DNA from: Tubiluchus corallicola
Taxonomy: Eukaryota; Animalia; Priapulida
Assembly (NCBI GenBank): GCA_030141605.1
Contig: JAQGDQ010000852.1
Location: 23,310 to 87,309 of the forward strand
Direction of reading: 5' to 3'
DNA length: 64,000 bases
Of this stretch, positions 1-64,000 are shown in pieces. The notes below the pieces were generated by a model. That model was not told the DNA's origin. It saw only the letters and a list, made by a program, of their open reading frames with translations, and did not search any database. The position numbers were made by a program, and so were the translations under genes. How positions within the stretch are numbered: position 1 is the stretch's first letter; every line of letters starts with the position of its first letter.

Positions 1-415
1 ATGATCTAATTATTATAATTTAAGACAATAAAGGTAAATATTACTCACATCGTGTGGCTATAACAACTTAATACATCCTTGGAACGTCATACTAGTTTAC
101 AGCAAATCAGGTAAAGACGCTACAAATATTACTTGAAAATTTATCTAAACATTAGTTTGCTGAAGCTTCTGTAAGCGTGTTTAGTGAGGCTCAACCTAAT
201 TTACAACTTCACAGGTAAAATTACAGGTAAGTTCACATAGGTGCTGCCACCTACAATGTTAAGGCCAGAAACGTGTGCTTAGTGAGGCTCAACCTAATTT
301 ACAACTTCACAGGTAAATTTACAGGTAAGTTCACATAGGTGCTGCCACCTACATGTTAAGACCAGACACTGACCTTAACACTCTCCCCTAATGCATTATT
401 GTGAAAGCGACTTAC

Positions 416-49011
<48,596 letters not shown>

Positions 49012-49925
49012 CTTTATAAAACACAGTCAGTAAATGAACTATTCAAGTAACAATGTTATGGACAAGGATCATCATCATCGTCATCGTCATCATCATCATC
49101 ATCGTTGTCGTCATCACCATCATCATCATCATCACCACTGTCATCAACATACAAACATACAACAAGTTTGAAATGAACTTAATATGGCACAGATCTTGAA
49201 AGATAACCAAATCTTGAAAAATAACCAAAACTGTACCTATTGACTTCATAAACATTTAGTCTAACCATCATTTGGTTATCTTTCAAGATCCGTGGAGTAA
49301 CTTGACTACTACATTAAGCTGACAAACATACAACAAGTTTGAAATCAACTTAATATGGCACAGATCTTGAAAGATAACCAAAACTGTACCTATTGACTTC
49401 ATAAACATTTAGTCTAACCAGTAATATACGACTAATGTCCATGTCACAGTGAGGACATTCTCAAATTTCATCGAGGAAAATGCTTTGCAGCATTCCTCAT
49501 AAAATAGAACACATTGATTTCTAAAGCGCATTTCACAGCGACGCATCGTGTGAAATTTTCCTCGCGCAATTCCTCGTGAACAATTTTGCCTCCAAACAAA
49601 AGCTATGCGTCCTCCTCACGAGGAAATTTGCCGTTTTGTAGAAACGCTGCGTGTTCGTTTTTTGTGAGGTTTTCTTGAAACATTCAGATTAAAATTTTAC
49701 TGCTCAATTACTTCTTCCTTGTTTAACGTACAACAATAACACAATTTGGCATAAAATTATAACTTTTAAATATTTTTATAGTATACAGACGTTTAATGCA
49801 ACAGCGCAGTTTATATCCGTGAAAAATAAACAATAACGCACGCTTTTAACTTATACATGTAAATTTTTAGATTCTGAAGTGGTTAGTAGGACTTTGTTGT
49901 TGTGTTTTGTTTCTCTTGGAAGGCT

Positions 49926-50265
49926 CGTAGAGAAAACCAGAAAACACTTCATCAAATTAAACTAGTTTATTAAGCGAGAATTCTACAACACAAAAGTATG
50001 AAGGAACGCGAAATGATTACACTAAACGTGAAAATCTGGAAAACGTTTGAGTGTATCTGAAAATACAGGTATACAAGAGAATGTGTAAGTGGCGTCCGTG
50101 TGAATCAGCGTGTGTCTCTGTCAGCGGCCTGCTTCACCTTATATAGGGTGCCAGGGAACATTCCAGACGTTTCTTTCCAGAACATTCAACAAGGTAAAGC
50201 GATTATTCTAATGGAACATTCTACAATGTTCTATCTAATTCTTATAGATGCCAGCGATCTCCACA
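49926..50265 (-). mobile_element. Solo-LTR-like element in the spacer
   Basis: Minus strand starts TGTGGAGA and ends TCTCTAC; TATATAAG followed by AATAAA; no target-site duplication. Confidence 0.5.
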
Positions 50266-50477
50266 ACAAAAATAAACAGGTCTGACATTGCACTGAAGAA
50301 CATAATTAATTTTATTTTGCATATTGAAAAATAGGGCAGCTGTAACTTAATTTAGACATGGTCATTCAATTGATGGCAAAACTCATTATTGTAATTATAT
50401 TATTTTTGTAAATGGGTAAATATTGTAAACTGTTTAACCTCTGCTGTTTTTTACAATTTCAATGTGACGAATTATAT

Positions 50478-50880
50478 CCAAGTGTTGCGATAAGAGGATT
50501 CCAGCGAGACTTAAAGGTAAAGTTCACAAAGCAGTGGTCAGACCCGCCCTAATCTATGGGCTGGAAGCAGCACCTCTAAAGAAGACCGAAGAGAAGAAAA
50601 TGGATGTGGCTGAGATGAGGATTTTGAGATGGATGGTGGGAATAACAAGAAGGGATAAAATCAGGAATAGTAATATTAGAGGAACAGTGAAAGTAGTGGA
50701 AGCCTCGAAAAAGATACAAGAGGCAAGATTGCGATGGTATGGGCACCTGAGAAGAAGAGTCGGGGAAGATCACGTGGGAAGGGAGGTCATGAAAATGGAA
50801 GTGCTGGGAAATAGAAGAAGAGGACGACCCAAGCTGAGATGGTTTGAATGTATTAACGGAGACCTTAGAGAGAAGAACAT
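50478..50880 (+). mobile_element. RTE-clade LINE ORF2 C-terminal remnant in the spacer
   Basis: VVRPALIYGLE...VAEMRILRWMVGITRRDKIRN...RLRWYGHL...GRPKLRW. Confidence 0.88.
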
Positions 50881-51662
50881 CGTATTGTATATTTTACTGT
50901 TACGGAGGCACCTGTGTCGGGTCAGCAGCGACTCACCCCTTTCTTGTAGGTCCAGACGACTTGTTTGGGCCTACACGTGGTGTGAGAAGCCAGCTGACCT
51001 GGAATGCCAGGATAAAAACGTGTAGAAGTCACTACAGCCTTGATTTCTGACACAGGTGCTCCTCGGGTGTAGTGCTGTTAATAAACTCCGTACAGTGTAG
51101 TTTTTGTGTATTTTATTTTATGAGAGTTAAATGACATGCTATAACAGGTATATGCTACTAGTTTATAGACATTAACTTAGTTAATTAGCATAACATTTGT
51201 AATTAAAATTAACATTTGTAGTTAAATAATCAGTTACACAACGATACTAAAATGGAACTTCATGATGCGCAATATCAAGACCGCCATGCCATCTTGGAGT
51301 TCGACCCCCCTGAGTCGAATTCAGTTCAATATTATGTTGCGCGTCAATAAACTACTACATGATTCTATAAAATATCAAATTAAAAAGTTAGAGGATCAGA
51401 CTCAGTTTCTGACTGAAATTAGTACTAAACACAGAGACAAGGTTTTCTACCGTCGCTTATTTAACAGACAGCATTAGCACTAATAGCTACTTACCCAGTA
51501 ACAACAATACAGGTGAGGACGCATCACACAAATAACGAATAACATATGGGGTATATGTCCTGGAGTTGGCAGCCGTTATTATCGAACTCGAGACTGCGTG
51601 GTTGCAGTCCGAAATTTAGACCAATCAGCAATGCAATCCACTGCCTTAATAAGCGCTTGCCA

Positions 51663-52103
<441 letters not shown>

Positions 52104-52300
52104 TGATCGTGACAAAGTGATTATGATAAAGTCAAATAAAAATAAATAACAGTAATAAAGCTGTGTAAAACGATCGTACGAGACAAAGCTGAGATTTTTT
52201 TGAATTCACGGAGCATTATTTTTTAATTATGTTATTGATAAATTGCTCGGTCTTAAGTTCGATGATTTTTCATAGCTGTGCTTAGTCTCAGAAGTAGGCT

Positions 52301-52722
52301 GTTTTGGTTATCTTTCAAGATTTGGTTATCTTTCAAGATCTGTGCCATATTAAGTTGATTTCAAACTTGTTGTATGTTTGTCAGCTTAATGTAGTAGTCA
52401 AGTTACTCCACGGATCTTGAAAGATAACCAAATTATGGTTAAAGTAAATGTTTATGAAGTCAATAGGTACAGTTTTGGTTATCTTTCAAGATTTGGTTAT
52501 CTTTCAAGATCTGTGCCATATTAAGTTGATTTCAAACTTGTTGTATGTTTGTCAGCTTAATGTAGTAGTCAAGTTACTCCACGGATCTTGAAAGATAACC
52601 AAATGATGGTTAGACTAAATGTTTATGAAGTCAATAGGTACAGTTTTGGTTATCTTTCAAGATTTGGTTATCTTTCAAGATCTGTGCCATATTAAGTTCA
52701 TTTCAAACTTGTTGTATGTTTG
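52301..52722. repeat. About 171-bp tandem repeat with internal inverted repeats (mirrored at about 49150-49420)
   Basis: tggttatctttcaagatc and gatcttgaaagataacca occur within each unit. Confidence 0.85.
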
Positions 52723-52868
52723 TATGTTGATGACAGTGGTGATGATGATGATGATGGTGATGACGACAACGATGATGATGATGATGACGATGACGATGAC
52801 GATGATGATGATCCTTGTCCATAACATTGTTACTTGAATAGTTCATTTACTGACTGTGTTTTATAAAG

Positions 52869-55800
52869 GGTTGGATCTATATTGAATCTTCTCTTCTGGT
52901 GCCTATAATTCGTGGAGGACCTGTTAGACTTGTTGGAACTAAAGACACCATTATAATGGACGGCAGCCTCTCATATGATCCAGATAACCAGAACGATGTG
53001 ACTGGAATTTCGTAGGTCTACTACAACTGCTATATTGTTTGCTTGATAATTTTTGCAATTTATTTATTTATTTATTTTTACTTATTCGAGAAAGCTAAAA
53101 ACCAAATAATAAAAATAAAATAAAAAAGTCCACATTTTAATTCACCATTGTGAAGAATCTTTAGGTGATCGAATTAAAAGGCACAAATGATGAATAAAAC
53201 TTTTAGAAATTTGTAAGGTCAAATCACTCGCTAATTAACCACAGAGACCAAAATAGGATTAATACCCATTCAGCACAAGAAGCTAAAGATAGCACCAGTT
53301 AGACAGGAACACCAGAACGACCACTAAACTCAATGAAATTAAGTGAATATCATCTAGTGATCTTGTTTGGGCTTTCAAAACCAAATTCGAAGCTCGATTA
53401 AATTTTGCTCTTTCTTTGCTCTGTATTTGCCAAAACATGTCGTTCCATCTAAACATAAGAAATTAGTGCCAAAAATAACAAAAAATAATAATAGCCAAAA
53501 ATCAATTTTACAATAATTAAGAGTTCTACACTGTACTGTTGTATTAATTAATACCTAGCTGTTATCTCAGAGTAAATTTAAATTTTATAAAGTAATTAGA
53601 GGATATACATACGTTTTTAGCCCCAAATCATGAGCAATTGTAGACATATAACGACAATATCTTATAACTTATCATGACACGTCTTCACTTCACACTAGGC
53701 CTCTGACCCAGATCAAGTTGATCACGTGATTAGGCCAAAAATCACCACAGGGTGGCCAAAGATAACAACAAGCGAAGGTCGCCAAGCACGCCAATGCAAG
53801 ATTTCCAGTTCAGATCTTTAAAACCTTTTTGTTCTTTCACCAAAATTTGAAGCACAATGGTGAACTGAAATGACAAATCTTTTATTTGTATCTTAGGATT
53901 TTCTTATTTCCATATAGATTTTCAATACCAAAAGCAGCTAATGTTTCCATTTCATAATTGTTTATGAAAACCAATGTAAAAATTGGTCCTAGAAATGCGA
54001 TAACCACAGAGGCTATGCTAGATGCGAGCACATGTCTTTAGGTTGTACTGAAGCATATCGCTAAGCAGCGGCCGACAAGCAAGTGGCACCTGGCATTTGT
54101 TAGTATATGTAGTTTGTACTAGAGAGAAAAGAATTATGTAATAAATGTGAAAAAGGAAAAGTAAGGTAGGTCAGTAAGAATAGGATAGCGCTAAACACAG
54201 TTTGGAGAAAGAAGGTCATGGGAGTAGGTTTACATATTATAGTTATAGTTTTATGAGAGGTGATTATATTCTCATTTTTGTAGGAGTGTAATTATAATCA
54301 TAAAATAGTTTCTATTAATGGAGAGAAATTTTGCATACGTATATTTATAATATTGTTCAAGGTATATGATATGAAAGGAGTAAGGAAGACAAAAAACAAA
54401 TACAAATACAGGTTTTTGGAGTCATCAGGAGGAATTTGAGAGTCGAGTTTTGGCTGCTTACTACTCATGTTTCCATTTCATAATTCTTAAATGACCAGTA
54501 AAATAATGCTTTTCCTTTTTTTATTTTGATGATAGAATCTATGCGATATTACAAATGAACGTATCGGTTAGATTTACTAATTTTCGATATGTTATTTTAG
54601 ACATGACTGGTACTGCGTTAATGGAAAAGACGTAAATCACCTTCCTAATGCCGATGACACCGGTTGCTATGGTAACTACACAGCTCTTCTTCCATTTAAA
54701 AGTATGAATATACTCTAACTACTTTTTTACATCTTTTTCAAGCTACATTTTTTGTTCTTTAACTTGTTACTATTTTCAAGCCATGATACAGCACATAGCA
54801 CATAATGGCAGGACTTACTTCATGTAGATACCTGTGTTAAGTCATTCACCTAGTCACTTTCAACGGTAATTATGTGCTAGGATATGTTGTACTGGCTGAG
54901 GCATATACACATGAGGTCAGTTTCGTGTTTGCCCTAAAAGAAACAATCATTTCACTAGGACAGACGGAGATTTTGTTTACAAGATAAAATAATGCATAAT
55001 CCTTTTTTTACAGCCACCTAAAACATTTATAGTTAAAACAAAACAGCTTTATTATAACTTTTACCTTACATAGTTAAAATTATGCCAAACGTCTCGAGAG
55101 ACTACTGCTGTCATCATCAGTTGTAAATTTACAACCAGTTTACATAGGCAGAGGCTGTTGCGCACTGATTATTACCTGGATGTATTTGGCTGCTGTTAAC
55201 TACTTAATTAGTGCACTTAATTATTAACTTCTGTACAGAATGTAGGTGACACAAAGTTTCAAGGCGAATTTTTTAATCTTAAGTAAGAATAGCGTTTTAC
55301 TCTTTAAAAACTCTGTCAGTTAATAATGATTGCATCTGACATGATTTAAGCAGCACCGTTTCTGGTTTAGCGTGCCAAAATACCTGTCATAACAATTCTT
55401 TTCTTATTCTTTATTGTATTTATATTTGCTTATTGCAGAAGCATCATTTGAAATATCGGCAATGGACTTAACATTTCCTTCCGTTAATGGCAAGTACCCT
55501 TTTCGGCAATTCAGTCTTGGTTTTTGTCTCTTTCGTAAAAAATTGTCTCGGTTTTTTTGTACCTGAATTGTAATCTGAATTATACAATGTATATAAAATT
55601 AATAATTGTTGCAGTAAAATCTAAAGTATTTATTGTTTATTTGATCAATATTTCAACATTATGTCCTCTTCAAGAATATGTACTGTAGCCAAAATTACAT
55701 ATTCTTACATAATAATGGCAACATGTTCTGGAAATTGCATAAGGTCGAAATATTTATAAAATAAACAATAAATACTTTAGATTTTACTGCAACAATAAAG

Positions 55801-58800
55801 TTTATTTATTTATATCAATGGTATAAATTAGAACGAAAGTTGCAAAAGCATATAAACTAGTTGTAGCAGACTTGGCTTTTTTTGTTAATCTTACTTAACG
55901 TGCATGAGGCGCCATCTGTTACGGGAATGTAAAGCTTTTTTTTGGCCAGTTTTTCTGCTAGTCACCTGTCTGTTTTTAAATCACCTGTGCTCTGAACAGT
56001 CAGGTTAATCCACTTTATGGGATCTGTTGGACATTTATGTTATGTTGGACATACTGATTATGTCACAATGAAGCATTCAGTGGTATTAAACTCTGTTGAC
56101 AGGGTTTTCTGTGACTACACTAGTTAAGTTTTATAATATACGTACATTCATTTCAGTTTCACGTATGTCAGCTTCGTCTTCTTTGTGATTGCAGAATCAT
56201 CCAATGGTTTACCACCTGGGAACTCAACTGTACATTACGTAACTTTTTTTCTCCGTATCCATAAGGATGACAGGCAACAGCAGTGGGTAAAGCAAGAACT
56301 GCACGTGACTAAGGGAAAGATTCCCGCGATTGAGATCAGGTAATGATTGGAAAGTGTTTCCTAATAACGACATTGAAGGACCTGGCATTCTTTCAAAACG
56401 ATGATCCAAATACTATTTCGTGAAATCTGAATAAACTTGCTTTTTAACAATTTTATTCTTTGAGGAATTGGCATTTTCCTGGACCAAACTATAAAATTCT
56501 TTACACAAAAGAAACCAGTTCCTTAAGCAGACGAGGGATAGAATTAGGGTCTGGGTTAGGATTAGAGTTAGGGTTAGGGTTTTTGTTACGGCTAAGGTTA
56601 GGATGAGGGTTATGGTTAAAAGTAGATTTAGTGTTAGGGTTAGGGTTTAGGATTAGGGTTAGGGTTATAGTTAGGATTAGGCTTATTGTTATGGTTAAGG
56701 TTATGATTATGGTTGTAGTTCTGGTTAGATTTAGGGTTAGGGTTAGGGTTAGGGTTTAGGATTAGGGTTAGGGTTATAGTTAGGATTAGGCTTTTTGTTA
56801 CGGTTAAGGTTAGGATGAGGGTTATGGTTAAAAGTAGATTTAGTGTTAGGTTTAGGGTTTAGGATTAGGGTTAGGGTTATAGTTAGGATTAGGCTTATTG
56901 TTATGGTTAAGGTTAGGATTAGGGTCATGGTTATGGTTAGATTTAGGGTTAGGGTTAGGGTTAGGAATAGGGTTAAGGTTATAGTTAGTTTCAGGATTAT
57001 TGTTATGGTTAGGGTTAGGATTAGGTTATTTAAATTGGATGGGGAATTGTATACTTTCTTTTAAACAACATAGATACTTGGCATGTGGCAACAAATCATG
57101 CTGAACATAGCATCAGATTATGAGTGGTCATATGATGCATAACAGAAGCATCTAAGATGGTCAACGATGGTCAGTCTTTTCACGTAATCCATCGATTTTT
57201 TCAGCTTTTCTGTTTGTAAAATGATTTTTATCTGTACGCAATCCTGCGATGCTGTCCAACAGCGCAGAACCAAAACACAGAACCAAGATAAGAAGCACAT
57301 ACTTGTAACCAAATAACACATCATCATACGCCCGTCACGTCTATTGTAGACATTGGGCTATCAGAATTCTAAAATAAAAGAAATCTGCCGTCAGACAGGT
57401 AAACGCAGCAGTAATCCAGCAAAAAAACTAGACACTGCTACGCCAGTGGCTTGTCAGCACCACTTCCGGTAACCAAGTAATAAGAAATCTACTTTAGCAC
57501 TAAGCTTTCTGAGACATTTAGAAAAAATGAATTCATGACTCAGCAGTGTCATTCTAGTGTTGAATCCATGATGTGTATTATTGTGGAAATTGTAATTGTA
57601 TGTTTTTAGGTGCTGCCATCTATGAACTAATCCTTTTACATTTTTACTAGCTAAACTCACCCCTAGTATAATTGTACGGTCCAGTAAATCCATATTCACT
57701 GGATCTCCCCCTATTTTACAGTAATTGTTTTTGTGAAGCCAAGTTTGCATAATCACCTATACCTATATATACTGACTGGATTTACTTTCTAGTCACTGTC
57801 TAACTGTCTCACTCTCAGTGCAGTGCAGCAGTCGTGTTACTGCCTAAACTCTCAGTGTTCAGTGCAGGACACTCTTGTTCTCAGTGTTCAGTGTAGCAGT
57901 CATTCTACATATGTGTATGTAGTCTAATAAAAGCTTTTCAGTAAAAGTGCATTTGTGCAAATATGTAGTACAGTGCTTTATTCTTTTTCTACAAAGTGAT
58001 TCATCTACAACCTCAAACATGACTTTCACAATTATTGCCTTTTAGGTGCCTAAAAAACTGCAAAATAAAAGTGAATGCACAACAGCGCCTCTATCTGCAA
58101 GCCATCTGCACCAGTTGTAGAAACCGTGGTACCAAAGACGAAGAAGAAAAAAGCGAATATGCCTGGAAAGTCGAACAAACTGATGGTCCACAGCTACACG
58201 GAAACAAAGAAACAGATATTGTTTATATAGAGAAAAACTCACTGGTGGAGGGATGGAACTACACTGTTATAGTAAGAGGTAAACCTTGCTGAATTACTTG
58301 AATTCAGCAAAGTTTACCTGTAATTATATTATGTTACGTTGTGTTGTGTTGCGTTGCGTTGCGTTGCGTTGCGTTGCGTTGCGTTGCGTTGCATTGCATT
58401 GCATTGCATTGCATTGCATTGCATTGCATTGCATTGCATTGCATTGCATTGCATTATATTACATTACATTACATTACATTAATATATATATATATATTAA
58501 TACTTTATTGTAATAAAACATACCCAAACTGTACAGTAATAAAATCACAATACATAAAATAATTGCATATGTTCAGTCTTTGGACTGATGTTTTACAACA
58601 ATGTCAGATTGTTAGTAAAAACATGATTAGAGACATTGGTGAAGCGATGTTAGTAAATAAAAAATACTTGAAAAAAGTTTACAATTCAAGATTTTTTATA
58701 CTCAGTTAAAATACTTTAAGTTTATGTATGAAACACAAATTAAAAAGAAAGTTATGTATTCACATTTATATTTACATATGAATAATTTTACATGTTAAAG

Positions 58801-61800
58801 ACTATAACTAGTGTTGGCTGATTGTTTTTTGTTTTAGTTCGTCAGTTGTTAAATTGTAAAATAAAAAATGTAGTATTTCAAATTGCCGTTAATATAAAAG
58901 GATAATCTCTAGGAGTGATTATATAGTTGTCAAAAGTTGTTAATCATGCTATCCATGGGGTAACCTATACTCTATGTGATTGATATACAAAAACATGGTT
59001 GTTCGCATCATAAAGTAACCAACTTGGACTGCACGATGAAAAGGGAAACCATTTGGGAGATAGCATCCCTCCTTGTTTAAGACCATTTTATAGTTCAAGA
59101 AATGTAATTTTGTAATTTGTAAATTTGTAATTTTGTAAATATGTAATTTTGTTGAATGATGCGCTACACTGAGACACCTAGAGTCTTCATTGATTAATTA
59201 GCTGTAATTTTAAAATTCGTTTAGGTGGGGCGACGTCAGATTTAAGCGGACTTGCCTCATATGTATTTACTGTCAACGAAAGTCCTCAGTCACCTCAAGA
59301 ACCCCCTTGTTCAGTGACACCAAGGGAAGGTAGGTAGCTCCTTTTCCCCCTTAGTTGGTTAAAATCTTATATAGTTGCCATCATTATTTCGGTGCTGTAA
59401 GGTGTTTTATATCTTTAAGAATAGCTTCTTCAGAGTTATATGAATGGCTACAAAACTATGTATTAATATCTATATATATATATTAATTCTTTATTTGTCC
59501 TTAAAATGGCTCACTCATTATAATAAAATTGAGAAAGCCTCAGCGTAATGTTAAAATAACAACACTGTTCAAGACAAATGCATCCAGTGCAGACTAAAAA
59601 AACCTAAAGTGCAAAACTAAGGCCTAATTATATACAATAAATGAACATATTTACAAACACAATATTAAAATATTATTACAAAACAATATTACAAAAGTAC
59701 ATTAAATTTTACATGACATATTTTAAACTATATATACATTTAACATGACACAATTAACAGAAACATGCTTTACATTACATAAATTTCACTCATTACATTT
59801 ACACTATTTATACATTTGAGATTACAAAACTGACATAACACGTATTACATTATATAATTTTTTTAAAAAAATTTTACATTTTTTACATTTTACATTTTAC
59901 ATTTACATTTTACATTTACATTTACATTTACATTTACATTTACATTTACATTTACATTTACATTTACATTTACATTTACATTTACATTTACATTTACATT
60001 TACATTTACATTTACATTTACATTTACATTTACATTTACATTTACATTTACATTTACATTTTACATTTTACATGAAAGTACAGTAAAGACCATGATTTAC
60101 CATTGGGAAAGTGCAGAATACCCGTGCAAATATTAAAATGAGTATATTTATTTTATATTGATGGTGTAACAACAATGCGTTGACCCAGTTTAATTTTTGC
60201 ATGTTTATTCTGTACTTTCCATATGGTAATTCAAGAACCTGGAACGTTAAATTACACTTCTGCCCTCTGCCTCTGTGAGGATCTTTTTCAGTATTTTTAC
60301 AGTTGTAGACCATTTTCCTCTCATTGTGCCATTGTGCTTTTTGGGCGTCTAAATAGTTCAAAAAGGCAATTTCTGGGGGACGTTTTAGCGAATTTCTTGA
60401 AAATTCTCGTGTAAACACAGTTCAGTGTAAAGCTCGATTAAACAGCACTAGTCACATTGAACTGAATTGAATTTTTGAACTGCCACACACAGTTATCAGC
60501 TGCTGACACATATATCGGTCTATCTCTCATTTTCTAACTACCCCAAAATAGTCCAAAAAAGAATTTTTCTTTTCCAGTCATCACAAATCAGAAAATAAAC
60601 ATACGCGTATAATAAGACGATAGAAACTAGTCCAAAATGGCGACCAAATGGCTAATCAAAACACAAATTTGTATCTGTCCAGTTACTGAAAGTCAGTAGA
60701 GTACATAAATAAAATGGTGGTGCAAGTTCAATTTACCTAAAACTGAATACGTCTTTATTTACATACACTCCTAGTGCAAAAAATAAGTTTGCACTAACGA
60801 CTTAATTGTGGTATCAACTTATTATAACTTACTTATTTTTATTTTATTTTATTATTATTTATTGTTATATATATATAATAATCTTTATTTGCCATTAAAA
60901 TACATTGATAATCACTGATAAAAACTTTACAGAGATGATCAATCAGTGTTGGTTAATAAAAACTTACACTGCTTATTTTAGACTTAGTACTAGAGAGCCA
61001 ATGTCTTTGTGCCTTATGTTTTAAAATTCTAAACAAGTGAGTAGAAACAAATTCTAAACAAATTCTAAACAATCTCTCTCATTTTTTCTTAATTTTCTCC
61101 TGGTTACGTTATTTACCAACAATTATTTTTTTAATAGTAGCTATGTACTATTCCAAGTTTCGTGTGTATATTAGGAGAGTACTAGAGAACCAGTCATTTT
61201 GTGTCTTATGTTATAAATTCTAAACAAATGAATTATGTCTCCCTCATTTTTCTCAATTTTCTACTGGTTATTTTTAATTACCATCAATTGTTTTATTAAT
61301 AGTAGCTACGTACTATTCCAAGTTTTGTGTGTTGCATATTAGGAGTTTCCTAGAGAGCCAATCTTTTTGCAGCCTATGTTCTAAAATTCCAAATAAGTGA
61401 GTGAGATCTCTCTCACTTTTCTTAATTTTCTCCTGGTTACTTTTCATTACTATCAGTTGTTTTTAATAGTAGATACGTACTATTCCAAGGATTGTGTTGA
61501 TCTTTTTGTGTCTGATGTTATAAATTTCTAAACAAATGAATTAGATCTCGCAAATTTTTTTCGTAATTTTCTACTGGTAACTTTTCATTACCATTCACTA
61601 TTTTGTTAGTAGTAGCTGCGTACTATTCAAAGTTTTCTGTTGTTTATTAGGAGAGTACTAGAGAACCAATCTTTTTGTGTCTTATGTTCTAAAATTTCAA
61701 TAAGTGAGTTAGATATCTCTCACTTTTTCTTAATTTTCTACTGGTTATTTTTCATTGCCATCAGTTGTTTTTTAATAGTTGATACGTACTATTCCAAGGA

Positions 61801-62499
61801 CTGTGTTGATCTTTTTGTGTCTTATGTTATAAATTTCTAAACAAATGAATTAGATCATTTTTTCTTAATTTTCTATTTTTACTTTTCATTCACATTCTTT
61901 ACTATATTAACAATAACTACGTACTATTCCATTTTTATATTACCTATTAGGAGAGACTTTGAAGACGAAATTCTCGGTAACCTGTGACAGGTTTGTTGAT
62001 GAGGACCAACCTCTTAAGTATGATTTCCACTACAAAACTGATATAGAAAACAGCACCTTGGAACAATCCACAGGTAGAAATGACTTTACCTATGTGTCTG
62101 CACCAATATTTGTAATCTTAGATTTTCACCATACAAGTGATATTAGTTACGGGGATGTAAGTGGGTTAAAGGCAAAATTCATCCTGGTTTTATCGTAAAT
62201 TTTAGCAAAAGTTTTTGTACACCTGTGACTAAAATTTGACATTTTTAACACTTTCCTAATAGTATAATCTACATAATCCCAGTGAATGAATTCTGTTATT
62301 ATGAACCTTAATTATTATAAATAATTGCTAAAATGTTTTATAAGCAAGTTATTGGTACATGTATTAAGAGCATAATTATAGTTGACTGTGTGTACTCTTG
62401 TATACAGTGCAGAATTATCAGCCTGCAAATAGAGGCCCTGCATGTATGTATGTGTGTGTGTGTGTGTGTGCGCGCGTAGGTGCATGCGTGCGTGCGTGC

Positions 62500-62532
<33 letters not shown>

Positions 62533-62536
62533 TGTG

Positions 62537-62567
<31 letters not shown>

Positions 62568-62804
62568 ATGTGTGTGTATGCTCGATATGTGTGTATGCGC
62601 ATGTCCATGTACATATGTATGTGCATGTGTATGACTCTATACGTTACAAATGTTACAGGTATCTTACTGGGCAGCAAAACAAGTCCAGTTTTTCCGGAAA
62701 TCTTTCTTCCCGCGGGAAAAGCCGAGAATAATTACGAGGCACAAATTTTGTTGTTTGTGACAGACATTTATGGATCAGCAACCCATAATTTATTTAACAT
62801 TACG
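52869..62804 (+). CDS. Inverted duplicate of REJ exons 1-8 (52869-53011, 54601-54701, 55439-55489, 56195-56339, 58046-58278, 59225-59329, 61951-62073, 62659-62804); probably continues beyond the window
   Basis: Reverse complement of the minus-strand exons with frames and splice sites intact. Differences seen: GGC/GGA (silent) in exon 1 and Ile/Thr in exon 5. May be a paralogue, a pseudogene or an assembly artefact. Confidence 0.75.
57582..58030 (+). mobile_element. Solo LTR (right arm only)
   Basis: TGTG...CACA ends, 5-bp target-site duplication ATTAT, TATA near 57764, AATAAA near 57926; absent at the mirrored site near 44178. Confidence 0.85.
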
Positions 62805-62954
62805 GTGAGCATATGTTTTATTTTACTAATAACTATCCAAAACTGGTAGGTTGACGCCCTAAGCAAAAGTATTTTACCCCACCCTCCTCAATGGTCAACC
62901 TCTTTCCCCACGCCCCAATGTTGAATTTTTGTTGTATAAAATTATACTAATGTA

Positions 62955-63032
<78 letters not shown>

Positions 63033-64000
63033 AATGGCACCTGTATTAGGCTCATACATGTAGTAATTGAATGCAGTTAATTACCTATTAACAGTCTTCA
63101 AAATGCTGACTATTTGGAACATCCATTGTCTTTGAGTTTGATACATTTCGTGGCTGTTCCAGGCATTGCCGTCATCCGTCGTTCTATAGTGTTATTGATT
63201 ATACATGTAACTTATATATATATATATATAATATATATATACATATATACACTTGAACCACCATACTTATATACCTGTATACCCATACCCTATACCTGTC
63301 GACATAATAGCATACATTCTGTTCTGGAATTTGCATAAAGGACATACAATTGAAGGTTTCACAGTTAATTATATCAATGAAATGTTGTATTCGCTACTAA
63401 CAACATAATGTGTATAAAAAAGTAAATTTTGTCGACAGGTGTAGGGTATAGGAATACATGTATATACGTATGGTGGTTCACGTGTGCTCTAATACGGTTT
63501 TTGCCTAGAATACTTATACAAGTATTGTTATTTAAGACACACAGTGAACGAAGAGCTGGATTAACAGATAAATTTATGTTACAATACAGCTTTAGAATTC
63601 GCTTATGGAAGAGTATATCAAGAGGATATTATGCTGATTGAATTTAACATTGAATATATCACTGCTTGACTTTTAAATTGGATTGATGACGTCATTGTTC
63701 TCTATATGACTTACCGGTTTTTTATCTTTAGTTTCCTATATTCCGTCATGAAGACTTCGATCAGCATATTTTAATATACCTCTAAATTAAACATACACCA
63801 TCGTCGTTTCTTCTCCTCTTTTCCTTCTTCCTATCGCTAATCTTACTATTTTTCCATTCCATCATGTCTACTAACCCTAACCATTCTTTCATTCACTCAT
63901 TTGTGCCATCCTAACAAGCCAAGCTTTCAAGGTGTCATACAGCAACTCTTTTATTTGGTTAATTTGATTTCATCAACGTTTTTTTTACCTATACTGTTTC

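Larger units (their letters stand above)
52301..64000. repeat. Right arm of giant inverted duplication (runs off the window)
   Basis: Reverse complement of 37771-49420 with indels in the inner part. Confidence 0.97.

Overview
AT-rich, repeat-laden metazoan (invertebrate-like) genomic DNA; the organism cannot be named from the sequence. The main content is a spliced polycystin-1-family (PKD1L/PKDREJ-like) receptor gene on the minus strand. I assembled 28 phase-consistent exons by hand (49011 down to 416; 4471 nt, about 1490 codons, open at both ends): REJ module, GAIN region, GPS (C-x-C-N-H-L/T), TM1, cytoplasmic PLAT, TM2-TM3. Two extra modules sit on the extracellular side just before the GPS: a 203-aa domain with 30 Cys in mirror-symmetric spacing, and a complete second PLAT/LH2 domain on a phase 1-1 three-exon cassette. 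The REJ-encoding part lies in a giant inverted duplication (about 37.8-49.4 kb versus 52.3-64 kb and beyond, spacer about 2.9 kb). Both arms carry intact REJ exons but no convincing signal-peptide exon. The inner arms differ by SNPs and transposon insertions, while the outer arms look essentially identical. Introns hold solo LTRs, piggyBac- and hAT-type MITEs, Tc1 and LINE remnants, a tRNA-SINE, an 18S rDNA 3'-end relic and many satellites. All calls come from manual reading; no searches were run.
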